DNA of 7,062 nucleotides from a virus (Duplodnaviria; Heunggongvirae; Uroviricota; Caudoviricetes): IMG/VR virus record IMGVR_UViG_2579778797_000011, positions 1 to 7,062 of that record; one strand, 5' to 3'. Shown piece by piece: positions 5,339 to 7,062 of this stretch (position 1 is its first letter; each line of letters starts with the position of its first letter). The notes under the pieces were generated by a model. It saw only the letters and a program-made list of their open reading frames with translations, ran no database searches and was not told where the DNA came from. The position numbers and the translations under genes were made by a program.

Positions 5339-7062
5339 TCAGCATTCCTCCGTCTCGTCGCATGGACAGCATCACCGCCTGCACCCGCTGGTCAATCAGC
5401 TGAACAAGGCTGCCTGCCGCCTCCGGCCCTATCTGACCGTTGGCCCCGTCATTCTGAATGGCGATATGGTAGACCGGGGAATACACCAGACCGGCACTGC
5501 CGTTCATACTGCCCACCGCGCGTACACCCAGCGAGCCATCCGCCGCCCGGGTCAGGGGCATTATGGCTTCAGGTCCTGCTTCCCCCATCAGCCCGGCCCC
5601 TTTTGCAAAGGCAAAGTACGTGGGCGTATCCACAATACTGTTGCTGTACGCGCTCAGGTTTGCCGAGGTATACACGCCGCCTTTTGCATTGGCCACCGCA
5701 CCGCCCAGCCAGTCACCAATGCTGCCAATAAATCCTCCCGCACCGGACATACCGTTTGCCGCCGTCTTAATTCCGTTGACAATCGCGGCATTCATAAGAA
5801 CTTTTGATATTTCCTGCAGTACGGATGAGGCCCAGTTGCGCCATTCCACTTTATTCCCGTTCAGCATCTCCGTGATGTTATTCACCATCCCTGAGATACC
5901 CTCCGTCGCCAGCTGTGCTGCCTGTGAGGCGTAATCGGATGCACTGTCCACCCAGTTACTGAGCCCCTCCTGCAGCCCTTTCTGCCAGTCCGCACGTTGT
6001 TCATCCGACCGGGCATAAAAGGCTTCCTGGTCTTTCAGGCGTTCGCTCAGATACTGCGCATTCTGTACCAGTGCCTGTCTGTAAAAATTCTCACTGATAT
6101 CCCCGGTCTGATACTGAGACTGAAGGTCCGCATCCTTCTGGCGGAAACTGTCGCGGATCTGCTGCAACTCCCGCATGCGTTCCCTGGCTCGTTCCCCCTG
6201 CCCGTATCCCAGCAGTTCAGCGTCATTTGACGCACGCGCAGCCGCATTCTCATTCTTCAGTGTCTCCTCCCGGGACTGCAACTGTTCCCGGATTTTTTGC
6301 TGGTCAATCAGGGCAGCATTGCGCAGCAGTTCCTGCTTCTGTATCTCCGTCAGGGTTTTCAGTTCGCCCTGCGCTGTCTGGTATTTCAGCTTCGCCAGCT
6401 CTGTATTCTGCCCCGCCAGTGCCAGTTGCTCTTTCTGCTGCTTCAGCAGCCGGGAAAAACTGTCTTCTGCTTTTTCCGTCTCTGATTTTCTGCCCCGGGA
6501 TTTGGGTTTATTCGCCTCGTTATTACGCCAGGCTTCCAGGGCATTACTGATGTAACGCTGTCGTGCCTCCTGATATGAATCCCCCACAAAACCAAGGTCA
6601 TCCGCCGCATACCCCAGCCGGGCACGCTCTTTTTCCTCCCCCTTCAGTCGGGACAGGGCCAGCTCACGCTCTGTTTTTGTCAGGGCACTCTGCTGTTTAT
6701 CATCCAGGGTGGCCTGTGGCAGCCGTAACGGCACATTCACCAGTCCCTGCCGCTGCTGAAGCAGTTCATTCCCCAGCCCCAGCAGACGGTTGAATTCCGT
6801 ATGCTGACCGTTCATAACCAGCATGGACTGGTACACCTTATTCTGCTCTGCCGCCTGCTGACGAATTAACGCCACACGACGGTCTTCCAGCCCGGCAAGC
6901 ACATCCTGAATGGACTGCGCTTTTTCCTGCATCTGTGCCAGACGGGACTGCTCAACGGCAAGCTGCTCTGTTGCCTGAGAAAGCCCTTCCGTTACGGTCT
7001 TCACCGATGTCAGATGGTTTATCATGAATCCGTCACCGGTTGTCCAGCCAGGGTTAGCCAGA
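5331..7062 (-). CDS. H: Tail tape-measure protein H, C-terminal ~577 codons; 5' end beyond the right window edge
   Basis: Minus-strand frame is open from the window edge (7062) through the ORF-track Met at 7025 to the stop at 5331. Long Q/E/K/R/A-rich coiled-coil-like region. C-terminus ...NDGANGQIGPEAAG...RRDGGMLSG parallels lambda H ...NNDGTNGQIGPAAL...MRDGGLFSGGGR. Confidence 0.85.
   Translation of the reverse strand, partial: LANPGWTTGDGFMINHLTSVKTVTEGLSQATEQLAVEQSRLAQMQEKAQSIQDVLAGLEDRRVALIRQQAAEQNKVYQSMLVMNGQHTEFNRLLGLGNELLQQRQGLVNVPLRLPQATLDDKQQSALTKTERELALSRLKGEEKERARLGYAADDLGFVGDSYQEARQRYISNALEAWRNNEANKPKSRGRKSETEKAEDSFSRLLKQQKEQLALAGQNTELAKLKYQTAQGELKTLTEIQKQELLRNAALIDQQKIREQLQSREETLKNENAAARASNDAELLGYGQGERARERMRELQQIRDSFRQKDADLQSQYQTGDISENFYRQALVQNAQYLSERLKDQEAFYARSDEQRADWQKGLQEGLSNWVDSASDYASQAAQLATEGISGMVNNITEMLNGNKVEWRNWASSVLQEISKVLMNAAIVNGIKTAANGMSGAGGFIGSIGDWLGGAVANAKGGVYTSANLSAYSNSIVDTPTYFAFAKGAGLMGEAGPEAIMPLTRAADGSLGVRAVGSMNGSAGLVYSPVYHIAIQNDGANGQIGPEAAGSLVQLIDQRVQAVMLSMRRDGGMLSG

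Noticed and set aside
5200..6793. Multiple plus- and minus-strand ORFs inside the H/M region (5200-5403, 5315-5731, 5466-5807, 5563-5934, 5997-6230, 6047-6253, 6175-6555, 6227-6550, 6297-6485, 6443-6625, 6563-6793)
   Set aside because: All overlap the long, well-supported H or M reading frame, antisense or out of frame. Their translations are low-complexity and Ser/Pro/Ala/Arg/Cys-rich.
1..7062. CRISPR arrays, tRNA/rRNA genes, IS elements and integrase/att sites
   Set aside because: No repeat-spacer periodicity, no tRNA-like cloverleaf candidates, and no transposase- or integrase-like ORFs were seen. The window appears to lie wholly inside the prophage late region.

Overview
This window is a stretch of the late (tail) gene cluster of a lambda-like enterobacterial prophage, transcribed on the minus strand. 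Reading that strand, the order is: tape-measure protein H (C-terminal ~577 aa, 5' end outside the window), M, an inserted AT-rich porin cassette, L, an inserted AT-rich ~2.3-kb module, then K (N-terminal 130 aa, 3' end outside the window). The porin cassette carries an intact OmpC/NmpC/Lc-family porin with its own AT-rich upstream region and a terminator. The second insert resembles the phage P22 immI switch: an Arc-like gene, a small Cys4 ORF and an antirepressor-like gene on the minus strand, facing a divergent Mnt-like gene on the plus strand. That Mnt-like gene is translationally coupled to a small ClpP-fold serine protease, which is the most interesting candidate here for an undescribed regulatory or defence module. 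Three intrinsic terminators, all in minus-strand orientation, sit at the cassette boundaries. K was missed by the ORF track because its stop codon lies outside the window. All protein identifications are by-eye comparison with remembered sequences; no searches were run.
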